Shown here: piece by piece, positions 1 through 9,590 of the stretch
How the letters are laid out: every line of letters begins with the position of its first letter
How positions within the stretch are numbered: position 1 is the first letter of the stretch
DNA from: Escherichia phage vB_EcoM_G4507
Direction: 5' to 3' (one strand)
Sequence record: NC_054919.1
DNA: 64,000 bases
Notes under the pieces: generated by a model
What the model was told of the DNA's origin: nothing
What the model saw: only the letters and a program-made list of their open reading frames with translations
Database searches by the model: none
Translations under genes and position numbers: made by a program

Positions 1-1335
1 ATAATCCGCTTCCATTATTTTAAGATAATGGTTAATCTGCTTATTAAATAATGGAATGTACTTTTTAATAATAGCACCTTTAATACCAGAATCTTTGAGC
101 ATATCAGTCAAAATTCCTCGGTGGTATTTTTCCATTACTAAATTAGTTTTTGTCTTAACAATTTTATCAAGTTCTTCTTGAAGCAATGCTATTTCATCAG
201 CATGGTCAATAAACTCGGATGATGCTTTTTCTATAGCTGCTTTAACTTTTTTAGCTTTATCTACTGTCGTGATTAGAGATTGCTTTTTATTGCGAATATC
301 ATTTGCCAACGACTGCTGGGTTTTAATATTATCTCGGTATTCATCAACAAGAACTTTTAAATTATCACGGTGTGTTGAAAGCTGTTCAAACGAATGCGTA
401 CATTCAGAAACTTTATCTTTAATTTTAGAAACAACTTTATCACCGGAACTTAATTGTGACAAACAGGTTGGACATAATCCACCTTCGTGATACATATTAA
501 TGACTTTATTATACGAGTCAATTTTTGATTTAATTAAAACTGCTTCTTGACCGATTTTATTAAATGCATCAGTCGGGTCTTCATCTAAAACAATATTAAC
601 TAATCTTTCATTAGCTTCTTCTATTTCCGATTTTAGCGTTCTAGCTTCTTTTGCCAAATCATCATACATATTTTGAAGACGAGTAAGGTTGTCACCCGTT
701 AATTTTTTCTGGCGTTCAACGTTATCATTATATATTTTAATTTGTTGGATAATACTATCTTTTTTAACATCAAGCACTTGGTTCTGTGAGTTTAATTCAC
801 GTATTAGTGCTTTATTAAGCTTATCCATTTCAGCTAATGTTCCTACCTCAAGCAGGTCTTCCACAAGCTTTCTTCGCGCAGGGGTCGACAAACCCATGAA
901 AGGGGTATACCCTGCTGTACCAAGGACAACAATCTGCTTGAAACTGGCATATGACATTCCGATAAGCTGTTCAAATTCTGCTTGGAAATCTTTACTGCTG
1001 GCAGATTCATTAAGACGTGTACCGTTAACGGTGATTTCAAAAACGTTCGGTTTTTGTCCTCTTTTGATATAGTACTTTTTCTCATCATATTCCATCCACA
1101 GTTCAACTAAAAGTTCTTTCTTATTTGTGCTGTTTATTAATTGACCTTTCTTTACATCACGAAATGGCTTGCCAAAAAGCCCAAATGTGATGGCTTCTAG
1201 CATAGTAGACTTACCACCGCCATTTCGTCCAGTAATAAGAGTTTTTTGAACCTTATCTAATTGAATGTCAATAGGATTTCCACCTACTGACATTATATTT
1301 TGATACCTAACTCGGTTTAGTTTAAAATTCTTCAC
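1..1335 (-). CDS. 46: Recombination/repair nuclease ATPase subunit gp46 (SbcC/Rad50-like), 5' portion; gene runs off the window start
   Basis: Minus-strand frame open from GTG at 1335-1333 (AAGGA SD upstream; GTG overlaps TGA of upstream ORF) to window edge; Walker A GRNGGGKST encoded near 1200-1230; N-terminus VKNFKLNRV resembles T4 gp46; synteny downstream of 47. Confidence 0.8.
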   Translation of the reverse strand, partial: MKNFKLNRVRYQNIMSVGGNPIDIQLDKVQKTLITGRNGGGKSTMLEAITFGLFGKPFRDVKKGQLINSTNKKELLVELWMEYDEKKYYIKRGQKPNVFEITVNGTRLNESASSKDFQAEFEQLIGMSYASFKQIVVLGTAGYTPFMGLSTPARRKLVEDLLEVGTLAEMDKLNKALIRELNSQNQVLDVKKDSIIQQIKIYNDNVERQKKLTGDNLTRLQNMYDDLAKEARTLKSEIEEANERLVNIVLDEDPTDAFNKIGQEAVLIKSKIDSYNKVINMYHEGGLCPTCLSQLSSGDKVVSKIKDKVSECTHSFEQLSTHRDNLKVLVDEYRDNIKTQQSLANDIRNKKQSLITTVDKAKKVKAAIEKASSEFIDHADEIALLQEELDKIVKTKTNLVMEKYHRGILTDMLKDSGIKGAIIKKYIPLFNKQINHYLKIMEADY

Positions 1336-1595
1336 AAAAGATTCCTTTTAATGTATCTTTTAGACCATTCTATCATATCATCATAATCTAAAAAGTATTC
1401 ATCAAATTCAGCCATGCAAACAACGCCTTGTGCTGTTTTTGATGTAATATAAATTATTCCAACATATCTAGAATCTTCTTCGGTGTAATCAATATTTGCT
1501 ATGAATTCATCATTAATGTCAAATGTCGAAAACTTCACAGTATGCATCCTTAATACAAGATACAGCCATATCTCGTAATGATTTAGGTGTGTCAT
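1332..1595 (-). CDS. Small hypothetical protein (46.1 position)
   Basis: ORF track, ATG at 1595; alternative in-frame ATG at 1547; overlaps neighbour. Confidence 0.45.
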   Translation of the reverse strand: MTHLNHYEIWLYLVLRMHTVKFSTFDINDEFIANIDYTEEDSRYVGIIYITSKTAQGVVCMAEFDEYFLDYDDMIEWSKRYIKRNLL

Positions 1596-1782
1596 TATCT
1601 AAAATGTTGAAGTTAAAAGATACAGCCCAGTCAGTGCAGACCGTGACCTTTTTAATACAATTATCTTCAACCTCTAGCGGTTCAAACCAATATTCAATAA
1701 TTTCTTTATGACCAATATCATCTTTTACTTCGCATTCAAAATGCTGACTCATCATAACATTTTTAAATTCATCAAAAGTCAT
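1519..1782 (-). CDS. Small hypothetical protein (46.2 position)
   Basis: ATG at 1782 overlaps gp47 stop (ATGA coupling). Confidence 0.5.
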   Translation of the reverse strand: MTFDEFKNVMMSQHFECEVKDDIGHKEIIEYWFEPLEVEDNCIKKVTVCTDWAVSFNFNILDNDTPKSLRDMAVSCIKDAYCEVFDI

Positions 1783-2798
1783 TGTGTTGCCTCTACATAT
1801 AGCTGATTCGCATATTGAATAAGTGCTTCACGGTCAGAATCAGTGATGTCTGGAATTGCATTAATGTATTCTTCCATCAACGTCTGAAGAGATTGAACTT
1901 CAACTTCTTCACTGTCATCTGACTCGACAGAGTTATCAATCTTTGACACAACTCGTAATGAATGCACAACTTTTTCTAGTTCAGATTCGAACTTCGTTAG
2001 ATTTTTGTCTACTTCAGTTACTATAACACGTACTGATAGATTTGTAAAATCTTTATAGTCAATTTTTCCTTTAAATGGATAATGAATTCTACGATGCCAG
2101 GTAGTGTTGTTTGGAATAAATTCCATTCGTTCTGTTTCTGTATCAAACATCCAGAACCCACGAGGGTCATTCTCGTCACCTGCAGTTAGTGTCCATGGTG
2201 TCCCAATATATCTGACGTTAGCAGCCTCAGAGATAGTATGGAAGTGACCAGACCACACCTCTTTATAAGTCTTAAGGAAATCAGGTTCAAGACCGTGAGA
2301 TTTCATTCCTTTATAAAAATAAAATCCATTCAGTTCCCAGTGACCGACGCAAAAAGAAGCAGATGAAGTTTTGATGTGCTCAAGAATTTCACCAGTATTT
2401 TCTTCACACATCCAAGGAATTAAATCAATTAAACATCCGTCAAAATCTACTGTAGTAGGCTTATCATATACTTTAACATTAGGATATTTAGCCAAAAGCT
2501 CAGTAGAGGCATTTGGATGCATTACATTTTTGTAGTGGAGATCGTGATTTCCTACAATAGTATGTAATGTGATTCCAGCGTCATCAAGCATTTGAACTAT
2601 TTCACGGGCAAACTCCATAGTTTTATGCGTGATTGCTTTTCGCACATCAAAAATATCACCATATTGAATCCATACAGTAATTCCATTTTTCTTAGAATAT
2701 TCTATCGCTTGCTTAATTCCATCAATTTGAATACCGCGAATCCACTCATCATCAGCTTTAACGCCTAAATGCCAATCACCCAAGTTTAGTATTTTCAT
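1779..2798 (-). CDS. 47: Recombination endonuclease subunit gp47 (Mre11/SbcD-like phosphoesterase)
   Basis: 339 aa, ATG start; GDWHLG and GNHDLH phosphoesterase motifs; same length as T4 gp47. Confidence 0.9.
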   Translation of the reverse strand: MKILNLGDWHLGVKADDEWIRGIQIDGIKQAIEYSKKNGITVWIQYGDIFDVRKAITHKTMEFAREIVQMLDDAGITLHTIVGNHDLHYKNVMHPNASTELLAKYPNVKVYDKPTTVDFDGCLIDLIPWMCEENTGEILEHIKTSSASFCVGHWELNGFYFYKGMKSHGLEPDFLKTYKEVWSGHFHTISEAANVRYIGTPWTLTAGDENDPRGFWMFDTETERMEFIPNNTTWHRRIHYPFKGKIDYKDFTNLSVRVIVTEVDKNLTKFESELEKVVHSLRVVSKIDNSVESDDSEEVEVQSLQTLMEEYINAIPDITDSDREALIQYANQLYVEATQ

Positions 2799-3399
2799 GG
2801 TGTCTTTTCCATCCTAATTTAGCTGCTTTTGAAACCAGTTCTTTAATTTTTCCTTTTGTCCATTCAGGACCAGGAGGTTCATGACATAACATTTGCTTAA
2901 CTCCGTTATTATACCATTTTTTACCTTTATTATGTGATGAAGCTTTAAATTTATTTGACCTTCCTTTTACATAACCTTCTGGAATATAAGGCAAAAAGGC
3001 AGATTTTCCTGTTAATGGATCATGTGAATGTATATTTCCTTTACAATTATGAGAACCATATAATGGATGATTTTGTCCTTTATTATCTCTTCCAAACGAA
3101 CCTTTTGGAGCAGCATATGACATATTAAAGAATAATGGATTTTTAACTGCATCATGCAATCGTTGATAATATAACTCGCATTTAATAGCTTCTTCACGCG
3201 TATCAAATTCAGCTAAAATGCATGAATCAAATAAGTGAGGATTATCTGAAAGCTCTTTATTATAAATTTTCTTATACTTTTTAGATAAAACTGAACCATG
3301 ATATCCAGCTAAATGCCTATCTAAAGACGTAGATCCAATATAAAAAGGAGGAAGTTTATCTCCACTATATATTGTTAAATAAGTTATATATTTTTTCAT
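2776..3399 (-). CDS. GIY-YIG family homing-endonuclease-like protein (Seg-like)
   Basis: 207 aa, ATG start; N-terminal TYLTIY...FYIGST and FDSCILAEF..REEAIKCELYYQRL resemble the GIY-YIG nuclease domain of I-TevI/Seg proteins; Gly/Lys/His-rich C-terminal half. Confidence 0.5.
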   Translation of the reverse strand: MKKYITYLTIYSGDKLPPFYIGSTSLDRHLAGYHGSVLSKKYKKIYNKELSDNPHLFDSCILAEFDTREEAIKCELYYQRLHDAVKNPLFFNMSYAAPKGSFGRDNKGQNHPLYGSHNCKGNIHSHDPLTGKSAFLPYIPEGYVKGRSNKFKASSHNKGKKWYNNGVKQMLCHEPPGPEWTKGKIKELVSKAAKLGWKRHHENTKLG

Positions 3400-3559
3400 A
3401 TATCAAGAACCGTCATTGAAATGCAAAATAAAATTATTGAAATAAATCCATCTGGAGTGCTAAAGAACCCAATCCAACATGCTCTAGTGAATAAATAAAA
3501 TGCAAGAAAAAGTATCACATATCCAAGAAATATCATTATATCAAACTCCGTATAAAGCT

Positions 3560-3577
3560 AAAGGGCCGAAGCCCTTT
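3560..3577 (-). terminator. C(UUCG)G tetraloop hairpin at 3' end of a-gt (RNA stability / terminator element)
   Basis: AAAGGGC-CGAA-GCCCTTT inverted repeat (UUCG loop on minus transcript) overlapping a-gt stop. Confidence 0.55.
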
Positions 3578-4778
3578 ATTTTGTAATAATGTCAAACTGT
3601 TCTTTAAAGCAGAAGCTTGAATCTTGGTGCTGATATAAAAATTCATATGCTTTTTCTCGCTCACGGTCATAAAGAGCTCGGTCAGATGACAGTTCTTTAA
3701 TACGTTCAAATGTTGATTCCATATCATTTTCATCAAACCAAATGATACCGCTATCATGCGAGGTCAAAGGAGTATTATCAACACGGAATTTTAAATTTTC
3801 GCCAGTAGATTTCCAAAATACCGGAATTGTTCCACATGCACCAAGCTCGAGATGAGTATATTCTAAAGAACGTTGTAGATATTTTTTGTCCAACTTACTC
3901 AGCTGATAACCAAATCCGGATTTACTCATGCGTTCAAGCATTTCGCTATTTACATAACGGTCAAGAATTTGCGTTGGCAAATTAGGAGCAATTTTAATTT
4001 GGTCTACTTGATGAAGACGATAATACTCGTATGGAATTCCTTTTTCTTTAATAGGAATGAACGCTGGAGAACGTTCCAGACCTTCCATAATAGTACTTAG
4101 TCCTGCAGGTTTAAGATGTTTTTCATGAAAATCAAACATCTGATAAAAGCCTTTCCATGTAGTCGTACGACCAATCCAACGGTTGATATTCATGTTAATT
4201 TCAGAAACATCTTTCCAGTAGGTTGACCGAACCTTCGCAATATCCATAGGAGGCTGAAAGTTATATACGGTCGGCGCTTCTTCAATATCATCAAACAGAG
4301 AAACTGTTTCTGGATACCATTCTTTCATCAAAACTTTATTAAAGTCACCATTATCAGAATGGCTAAAAATAACATCAGCTCGACGAACAGTTTCTTCTAA
4401 TCCCAAATTTCGGCGCAAAGAAAGAGAAGAATGGTCATGTTGATAAACTACAACACGAACCGAAGGTTTAATGTTATCAATAATTTTTTTATAGTTATTA
4501 ATAGTGTCTTCTTCAACCGAAGTAGCAGGAACTGAATTAATAATTAGAATATCACAATCATTTACCAGCTTAAGTGTTTTATCATATTCTTTTGCCAATA
4601 AAACCGGAATTGAAAATGATTTATAATCATGCGCGCAATTACGAGTAAATGATTTATCTTTAGCATAAACCAAAGTTACTTCATGACCATTTTTAATAAA
4701 CCAATCACGTTGCTCGAGTGAGAATTTTGTTACACCACAACCTTCAAGACCTCGAGCCATAAAAATACATACTTTCAT
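3576..4778 (-). CDS. a-gt: DNA alpha-glucosyltransferase
   Basis: 400 aa, ATG start; sequence and length match T4 a-gt; position between 47 and 55. Confidence 0.85.
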   Translation of the reverse strand: MKVCIFMARGLEGCGVTKFSLEQRDWFIKNGHEVTLVYAKDKSFTRNCAHDYKSFSIPVLLAKEYDKTLKLVNDCDILIINSVPATSVEEDTINNYKKIIDNIKPSVRVVVYQHDHSSLSLRRNLGLEETVRRADVIFSHSDNGDFNKVLMKEWYPETVSLFDDIEEAPTVYNFQPPMDIAKVRSTYWKDVSEINMNINRWIGRTTTWKGFYQMFDFHEKHLKPAGLSTIMEGLERSPAFIPIKEKGIPYEYYRLHQVDQIKIAPNLPTQILDRYVNSEMLERMSKSGFGYQLSKLDKKYLQRSLEYTHLELGACGTIPVFWKSTGENLKFRVDNTPLTSHDSGIIWFDENDMESTFERIKELSSDRALYDREREKAYEFLYQHQDSSFCFKEQFDIITK

Positions 4779-4828
4779 TTAATATCCTCTTTGTTTTGGT
4801 TTATTTTACCAAAAATTTATAAAGCAAT

Positions 4829-4848
4829 ATAGGAGCCGAAGCTCCTAT
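4829..4848 (-). terminator. UUCG tetraloop hairpin
   Basis: ATAGGAGC-CGAA-GCTCCTAT. Confidence 0.55.
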
Positions 4849-5036
4849 CCACATAATACGCCATACAGAGGCTCGTTAGAACTTTTAAATTTTATGCGCT
4901 TATATTTTATAGTTCCTTCTGCTTTAGCTTTATCATGAGACTCTTTAAAGCGTCTCATCATTTCCTCTTGAGAGGAACGAATTTTATTATAATCTATTTC
5001 AGAAGTCTGGTGTTCATCTTTCATAACTGCCACCAT
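4845..5036 (-). CDS. Small hypothetical protein
   Basis: ORF track; tiles minus strand between a-gt and 55. Confidence 0.4.
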   Translation of the reverse strand: MVAVMKDEHQTSEIDYNKIRSSQEEMMRRFKESHDKAKAEGTIKYKRIKFKSSNEPLYGVLCG

Positions 5037-5227
5037 TTTTTGACTTGATAAGAATCAACCCACACTTTCATATTAGGGTCTGCTCTTACAATAGGAGGAT
5101 TAACTTCTTTAATTGAACTATCATGGTATTCTTTTTCAGAAATTTTCACACAAAGATGACCATTCAAAGATTCAGTAAATCCTGCATTAATTTTAAGACG
5201 CTTGAATTTTACGTGTGTAAGCATCAA
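5021..5227 (-). CDS. Small hypothetical protein
   Basis: ORF track; tiles minus strand. Confidence 0.4.
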   Translation of the reverse strand: MMLTHVKFKRLKINAGFTESLNGHLCVKISEKEYHDSSIKEVNPPIVRADPNMKVWVDSYQVKKWWQL

Positions 5228-5510
5228 TCATATCCTCAATCTGCGATCTAGTAGTCTTCCAAAGAATACTGATGAGTTCATCGTTATATGGCTGTTTCAG
5301 AATATCCCGACTTTTCTTGATAGCATATTCGTATTGAGCAAAATTATTGTTTTCAGCTGCGATCTGAGCGTGCTTATAAAGACGATTCAGTTCGCGTTTG
5401 TTTTTAGACAATAACTTATTTGCTTTTCTTTCTGCTTCAAGACGGTTCTTTTCTTCAATAGAAGAAATAAGCTTTTCCACTTCATCATTAATTTCGGGTT
5501 TATCAGTCAT
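5193..5510 (-). CDS. Hypothetical protein, 105 aa
   Basis: ORF track; charged helical sequence. Confidence 0.5.
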   Translation of the reverse strand: MTDKPEINDEVEKLISSIEEKNRLEAERKANKLLSKNKRELNRLYKHAQIAAENNNFAQYEYAIKKSRDILKQPYNDELISILWKTTRSQIEDMIDAYTRKIQAS

Positions 5511-5511
5511 A

Positions 5512-5730
5512 TTATTTCTCTAATATAAAATAAAAATCATCATCTGTTAAATGATACCGATAGTTTAATTCTACACCATTAGATTTAAAAGCGGTATCAT
5601 ACGGATTTTCTGGATCAATATCAATGTCAAGAGCTAAAACTTCCCTGAGATACATTTTAAGTAAATAGGGAATAGCTTCAACTTCAGGTATTTCTTCCAA
5701 GAATCCGGAGAGGTTAATCGTTAGCCTCAT
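5512..5730 (-). CDS. Small hypothetical protein
   Basis: ORF track; stop adjacent to preceding ORF start. Confidence 0.45.
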
Positions 5731-6271
5731 ATAAAAAATCCAAACTAGGAGAATCGTCTACAACACTTTTCTTTTCAGCCCCCGGTGTTCTATAGGTTGA
5801 TTCTTCGTAATGCGTCATTTTATCGTAGATGTCTTGAATAAAAGTTTCATCTACTAACGCAACCATATCGTCGTCACGACTGTCATAGACATTGTGAACG
5901 AAGTAACTGTATTTCTTTGCAACTTCCTTACGTTCTTTTTTAATACGTTGGACGAATGCATTAAAACAAGCTTGAGTTATATATGCATGCGGGTTTTTAT
6001 ATTTCGTTTCATCAAAATTGTGAAGCCCCTTAATAGAAGCTTCTATACCATCTGCAATCATTTCTTGTTTCCAAGACTGGGTGTATCCTGAAAAGTTGAA
6101 ACGTTTAGATAAGCCTTCTGCAATAAGCATAATGGCTAATCCGATAGTATCATTCTGACGAACTACTTTATTTGGGTCTTTATTATTTGCTAATTCTGTT
6201 TTCCAATCAATAATAGCTTGTAAAAGCTCTTTATTGTTTACGTAATTATATTTAGGCTTAGTTTCTGACAT
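5714..6271 (-). CDS. 55: Late-transcription sigma factor gp55
   Basis: Track ORF starts at GTG 6277; first ATG at 6271 gives 185 aa [13 protein letters not shown]..., matching T4 gp55; GAGG SD upstream. Confidence 0.9.
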
Positions 6272-6349
6272 TTTCACCTCTTAGCTCAATTCATAGATCT
6301 ATTATATCATAATATTTGAAGATCTATCTTAAAGCATAGAGGATATCAG

Positions 6350-6619
6350 TTATCTAAGTAAGCAGTATGCTTGGAACACTTTCTCCATCATCTTTTTAAA
6401 TTCATGAATATCTATATAATGACTAGTTAAATCAGCATGATATAAAAAGTCTAAAAACTTTTCATGTGTGCTAACATATTCACTTTCATTTAATTCAGAA
6501 ACATGACTTTCCCAATATCCAACACCAGTCTTATTTGGGAAAAATGAAATTTTCATGTATTGGTCAACATAGAAAATGCCATAATTTTCAATAGTAATAG
6601 AAATATTAATAAATTTCAT
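6350..6619 (-). CDS. Hypothetical protein (55.x region)
   Basis: ORF track. Confidence 0.45.
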   Translation of the reverse strand: MKFINISITIENYGIFYVDQYMKISFFPNKTGVGYWESHVSELNESEYVSTHEKFLDFLYHADLTSHYIDIHEFKKMMEKVFQAYCLLR

Positions 6620-6831
6620 TCATTCATCAACTTAGCCGCTTCAAGAGCTGCATCTAGTGAATCAAATTGGTCAACATATTCAATCAATTCGCCATAATTG
6701 GCATATAACCACCATTGGCTAAATTCATACTCAAGGATGAATCCATTTCCTTCAATTTGAGTTAAACCATTGCCGTTTGTATTTACTTCATATCCGGCAA
6801 GACGCAAATCGTTAATAAGAGCTTCGTTCAT
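6616..6831 (-). CDS. Hypothetical protein (55.x region)
   Basis: ORF track; ATGA overlap with neighbour. Confidence 0.5.
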   Translation of the reverse strand: MNEALINDLRLAGYEVNTNGNGLTQIEGNGFILEYEFSQWWLYANYGELIEYVDQFDSLDAALEAAKLMNE

Positions 6832-6833
6832 AA

Positions 6834-7160
6834 TTATACCTTAGTAATTTTCAGGTCTGCAAATTTTTTCTTACGTTGATTTTTCATGCGACGAATAGTT
6901 TTATCGGAAATTTCATGCTTTTGATAAGCTTTAGATTCTACACCAAAAGCTTTAACATCAAATTCTGACAAGATATATTGAACCAACAATTCACGGACAG
7001 TATTGCGTCCAATCTTCTGATCATTCTGTTTCATCGTCTGATGAAGCTCTTTTTCCCATTTATCCAAAATTTGAGGAGTTACAATATCGCCTTTTTCTAG
7101 CAAAGAAACTACTTTATCATATGCGTAAGAATTGATGGCGTTTTTAATTTGAATAGTCAT
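6834..7160 (-). CDS. Hypothetical protein (55.x region)
   Basis: ORF track. Confidence 0.5.
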   Translation of the reverse strand: MTIQIKNAINSYAYDKVVSLLEKGDIVTPQILDKWEKELHQTMKQNDQKIGRNTVRELLVQYILSEFDVKAFGVESKAYQKHEISDKTIRRMKNQRKKKFADLKITKV

Positions 7161-7200
7161 ACATTATCCTCAATTACGTTAAAATTTTATTATCCAAAAA

Positions 7201-7212
7201 GGGCCGAAGCCC
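7201..7212 (-). terminator. UUCG tetraloop hairpin
   Basis: GGGC-CGAA-GCCC flanked by A/T runs, 3' of ORF 7213-7413. Confidence 0.5.
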
Positions 7213-7413
7213 TTAGCTAAACTTTTTGGCACCCTTCCAGCCTTCGTACATCATTGCGACTGACAATGACAAAGCTCCTTCACATGCTGCATACTTATTA
7301 TTCCAGAACCAATTTAGAAAAACTTCATCCTCAATACCATTGTGTTTCATGTTCTGGAAAAATTTGGCGCGTTCTTCAGCAATTCGCTGCGATAATTTAG
7401 ATTCAGGATTCAT
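7213..7413 (-). CDS. Small hypothetical protein
   Basis: ORF track; followed 3' by UUCG hairpin. Confidence 0.45.
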   Translation of the reverse strand: MNPESKLSQRIAEERAKFFQNMKHNGIEDEVFLNWFWNNKYAACEGALSLSVAMMYEGWKGAKKFS

Positions 7414-7629
7414 TTAAATTTCCCAATTACCATTTTCATCAATAAATTTAATCCAGTCATTTACTGACCACTTAGTTGTATCACCTTTTGGGGTAACATT
7501 TAAAATATATAGCCCTTGCTTAAAAAGCATTCGTTTGATATTCATATTTTCCTCAGCTGTAACGATAGCACTCGTTTGATTTACGTTTAGCAACTCGTTG
7601 AGAAATATTATAATCAAAATCATCGTCAA
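7414..7629 (-). CDS. Small hypothetical protein
   Basis: ORF track. Confidence 0.4.
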   Translation of the reverse strand: MTMILIIIFLNELLNVNQTSAIVTAEENMNIKRMLFKQGLYILNVTPKGDTTKWSVNDWIKFIDENGNWEI

Positions 7630-7885
7630 TGTAAACTGATTTTTTCAACTTTCTTACTTCACCACGTAATTGACGATTCAATTCATTCTTAACCTCTGAA
7701 TCAACACCTCGCATACGTCGCCATTTATCTGAGCGAAAAATGTTTTCAACCATATCTTTATGACTTACACCATCAGGAGCTTTACGCTTTCCGAAATAGT
7801 CATAATCACGCACTTTTAAGTCTTTACGACGATACGTTTTACCCATGGATTTTAATTTCCTTAGCAACTGAACTAAATGCAGCAC
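7553..7885 (-). CDS. Basic hypothetical protein; start uncertain (in-frame Met at about 7846)
   Basis: ORF track; Arg/Lys-rich; overlaps neighbours in other frames. Confidence 0.4.
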   Translation of the reverse strand: MLHLVQLLRKLKSMGKTYRRKDLKVRDYDYFGKRKAPDGVSHKDMVENIFRSDKWRRMRGVDSEVKNELNRQLRGEVRKLKKSVYIDDDFDYNISQRVAKRKSNECYRYS

Positions 7886-8021
7886 GATCGCAAATCATGC
7901 GTTTATGTAACTTGAGTATAATATAGCAAACTTCAAAACTATTTACATGAGTAACACGAACAGCATTACCATTAATGAGATAATACTGTCCCTTTTTAAT
8001 TTCTTTATCAACCATAACCAT
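7839..8021 (-). CDS. Small hypothetical protein
   Basis: ORF track; early promoter about 30 nt upstream. Confidence 0.4.
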   Translation of the reverse strand: MVMVDKEIKKGQYYLINGNAVRVTHVNSFEVCYIILKLHKRMICDRAAFSSVAKEIKIHG

Positions 8022-8051
8022 ATCAATTCCTCAAAGGCAATTCATATGTTA

Positions 8052-8081
8052 ATAATACCACAGTTTGAGCTCGTTGTAAAC
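8052..8081 (-). promoter_or_regulatory. T4-type early promoter (sigma70-like)
   Basis: Minus strand GTTTAC, 18 nt, TATTAT; A/T-rich upstream. Confidence 0.5.
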
Positions 8082-8179
8082 AACTTTGTGAAAATTATTT
8101 TAGGGAATGATAAGAAGGGAACGATAGCTTAGAATGGTAATATACAGAATGTGAGAAAGAAGGACCCAGAGGGCCCGTC

Positions 8180-8503
8180 TTAGTCTTCTATGATATCTCT
8201 ATCATATCCAAGTGAAATGAGAGTTTCTTTGAAGTGTTTAATGTTCTTTTGTCTAGAATCATTAATGAAAATGACTGGATAACGAATGTTAAGAGATGTG
8301 AATCCAGCGCGTTTAGCAAGAGATACAATCAGCGGACGATCATACTCAATCTTACCGTTATTTGTAAGAACTTTATAGAAAGTAAAAGGAGCATTGAGCT
8401 CCTTTAGAAGTTTTGTAACTGATTGACATCCAGGACAACGACCTACTTCTTCGGGGATGCCATAGATTTCAATCTTATTCTTTAAGTTCGAGTTTTGTTC
8501 CAC
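8180..8503 (-). CDS. nrdH: Glutaredoxin-like protein (NrdH-like)
   Basis: CPGC redox motif; track N-terminus is spurious; probable GTG start at 8503 with AAGGA SD, just after stop of upstream ORF. Confidence 0.55.
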   Translation of the reverse strand: MEQNSNLKNKIEIYGIPEEVGRCPGCQSVTKLLKELNAPFTFYKVLTNNGKIEYDRPLIVSLAKRAGFTSLNIRYPVIFINDSRQKNIKHFKETLISLGYDRDIIED

Positions 8504-8786
8504 GAGAAATAATTCCTTGATAAGCCCAGTATGGCGGGTTAACAGAATCCTCACCAGAGTTTTCTTCAGGAAAATAAACCTGGATAACGAAGCCGGATTC
8601 ATCAAAGGTGAAATAAGTAGTAGGCAGTTCACCTAACAAATCGGCACGAGCGTTGATTTCTTCGAGGTCTTGTTCACGTCCAGCCCAGAAGCTTGGGTTC
8701 AGACTACATTCATAGAAATAATAGTCATTACCGAACATATCAAAACCATTCCAACTCTCTACTACATACCGCTCAAAACTAATCAT
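8475..8786 (-). CDS. Hypothetical protein, 103 aa
   Basis: ORF track; reading frame verified codon by codon. Confidence 0.55.
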   Translation of the reverse strand: MISFERYVVESWNGFDMFGNDYYFYECSLNPSFWAGREQDLEEINARADLLGELPTTYFTFDESGFVIQVYFPEENSGEDSVNPPYWAYQGIISRGTKLELKE

Positions 8787-8788
8787 AA

Positions 8789-9004
8789 TTAAGCCTTTTT
8801 ATCAAGAACAGCATTCAGCTTGTTAGTAATTTTATCCAGACGCTCATTAAACTCACTAGAAGATAATCCCTTTTCTGGAGAAATTAAACTAATCACGAAA
8901 AATACAACAATAAAAGGAATAAGAAAAATAGCTCCAACTGCCATAAACAGAAAGAACGTTACAGTTGTAAGAAAATCAGCTAAACCTTTACGAAATTTAT
9001 ACAT
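8789..9004 (-). CDS. Small membrane protein
   Basis: Hydrophobic stretch FFLFMAVGAIFLIPFIVVFFVISLI. Confidence 0.5.
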   Translation of the reverse strand: MYKFRKGLADFLTTVTFFLFMAVGAIFLIPFIVVFFVISLISPEKGLSSSEFNERLDKITNKLNAVLDKKA

Positions 9005-9119
9005 ATTTTACCCTTAATTGATTAACCAAGCATTGATAAGCACTAAACTATATTGCGAATAAAATTCTGGACCAAAATGAAAAATCATATCATTTATAGT
9101 ATCCATAATGTAATTCAGT

Positions 9120-9590
9120 TTAATCATGTTTCCACACCCCATCGGTATTTGACCAAAGTCGCTGATTATCTGATCCTCGCCACAGCTTTTTAGTCGGAAG
9201 ATTTTTCTCATACTTCCCATCAATAATAACATCAACATATTTAAGCATTTCTAGCTGTTTAATATCTTCAAACTTATATCCTGTCCACAACCAAATGCTT
9301 TTATTGGGATAAAGATTTTTTACTGTTTGAACCACAGAGTGAATCACGTCTCTGTTATCAGGATAAAGAGGGTCACCTCCGGTTATAGTTAATCCTTCTA
9401 TATAATCATTATTCAAACATTCAATTAATTGTTCTAGTGTTTCACCAGTGAATGGAATACCATTTCTAGCATTCCATGTTGATTTATTATAACACCCTTC
9501 GCATTTATGCAAACAACCTGTAACGAAAAGAACGACCCTGCAACCAGGGCCATTAACAAAATCGCAAGGATAAAATCTATCATAATTCAT
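9120..9590 (-). CDS. nrdG: Anaerobic ribonucleotide reductase activating protein (radical SAM)
   Basis: 156 aa; Cys cluster GCLHKCEGC; ATGA overlap with nrdD stop; same length as T4 NrdG. Confidence 0.85.
   Translation of the reverse strand: MNYDRFYPCDFVNGPGCRVVLFVTGCLHKCEGCYNKSTWNARNGIPFTGETLEQLIECLNNDYIEGLTITGGDPLYPDNRDVIHSVVQTVKNLYPNKSIWLWTGYKFEDIKQLEMLKYVDVIIDGKYEKNLPTKKLWRGSDNQRLWSNTDGVWKHD

Noticed and set aside
3012-3757. Track ORFs 3012-3206 and 3536-3757 (minus)
   Set aside because: They are nested out of frame inside the GIY-YIG-like ORF and a-gt respectively, with AT-rich low-complexity translations.
8161-8180. GGACCC…GGGCCC near 8161-8180 as another tetraloop terminator
   Set aside because: The inverted repeat is imperfect and lacks the CGAA loop seen at the other sites.
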